Shown here: piece by piece, positions 63,580-64,000 of the stretch
Layout: each line of letters begins with the position of its first letter
Position numbering within the stretch: position 1 is the first letter of the stretch
NCBI RefSeq assembly: GCF_030684315.1
Contig: NC_081373.1
Location: 52,686,864-52,750,863, forward strand
Length of the DNA: 64,000 bases
Source: Stegostoma tigrinum
Lineage: Eukaryota
Reading direction: 5' to 3'
Notes under the pieces: model-generated
Told to the model about the DNA's origin: nothing
The model's database searches: none
Seen by the model: only the letters and a program-made list of their open reading frames with translations
Translations under genes and position numbers: made by a program

Positions 63580-63802
63580 GTAACACGGTGTGAAGCTGGA
63601 TGAACACAGCAGGCCAAGCAGCATCACGGGAGCAGGAAAGTTGACATTTCGGGTCGAGACCCTTCTTCAGAAAATCCAACTTCTTCTGAAGAAGGGTCTT
63701 GACCTGAAACGTCAACTTTCCTGCTCCTCTGATACTGCTTGGCCTGGTGTGTTCATCCAGCTTCACACCATGTTATCTCAGATTCTCCAGCATCAGTTCC
63801 TA
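63580..63802 (+). mobile_element. Penelope-derived palindromic element with two hammerhead motifs
   Basis: ~93-bp inverted arms. CTGAAGA-A-GGGTC-TT-GACCT-GAAAC-GTC at 63686-63713 (+) with a mirror copy at ~63640-63672 (-). TSD CTATCACG(C/T)GTACC. Confidence 0.88.
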
Positions 63803-63883
63803 CTATCACGTGTACCATGCTAGGTTTTGCAGCTCAGTAGCACACCAGTAAATAGTGCATAATTCATTTTCAAGATATAAGCT

Positions 63884-64000
63884 TAGACCGTAAGACCATG
63901 AGACATAGGAGTAGAAGTAAGGCCCTTCGGCCCATCAAGTCCACTCTGCCATTTAAATCATGGCTGATGGGCATTTCAACTCCACTTCCCTGCACTCTCC
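63884..64000 (-). mobile_element. CR1 3' end (runs off the window)
   Basis: Nearly identical to 10692-10810. Confidence 0.88.

Noticed and set aside
63545-63823. Two near-identical small ORFs on opposite strands
   Set aside because: A consequence of the DNA palindrome.

Overview
Repeat-dense, apparently non-genic (intergenic or deep intronic) vertebrate DNA. The SINE/LINE content (HE1-type tRNA SINEs sharing a tail with CR1 LINEs, Deu-type SINEs, many Penelope-like elements) points to a shark, probably an orectolobiform; this is inference from recognised repeat families. I found no convincing host protein-coding exon. The long ORFs come from CR1 reverse transcriptase, Penelope GIY-YIG endonuclease, or stop-free minisatellites. 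Other content: decayed CR1, L2 and Rex1/Babar LINEs, Gypsy and Copia (GalEa-like) relics, two solo LTRs with TSDs, Harbinger relics and a 3-kb G-rich 24-bp minisatellite. Three things stand out. (1) At least three Penelope families carry minimal hammerhead-ribozyme motifs (CTGANGA-stem-GAAACGTC) with covarying stems, several as head-to-head pairs in short palindromic insertions with 13-15 bp TSDs. (2) There are SVA-like non-coding composite retroposons (YY1-like head, pyrimidine tract, VNTR, Rex1/Babar-type tail). (3) One such unit, fused head-to-head with a CR1 5' UTR, occurs twice as an inverted pair about 1.5 kb apart. All family names are by-eye recognition, not database hits.
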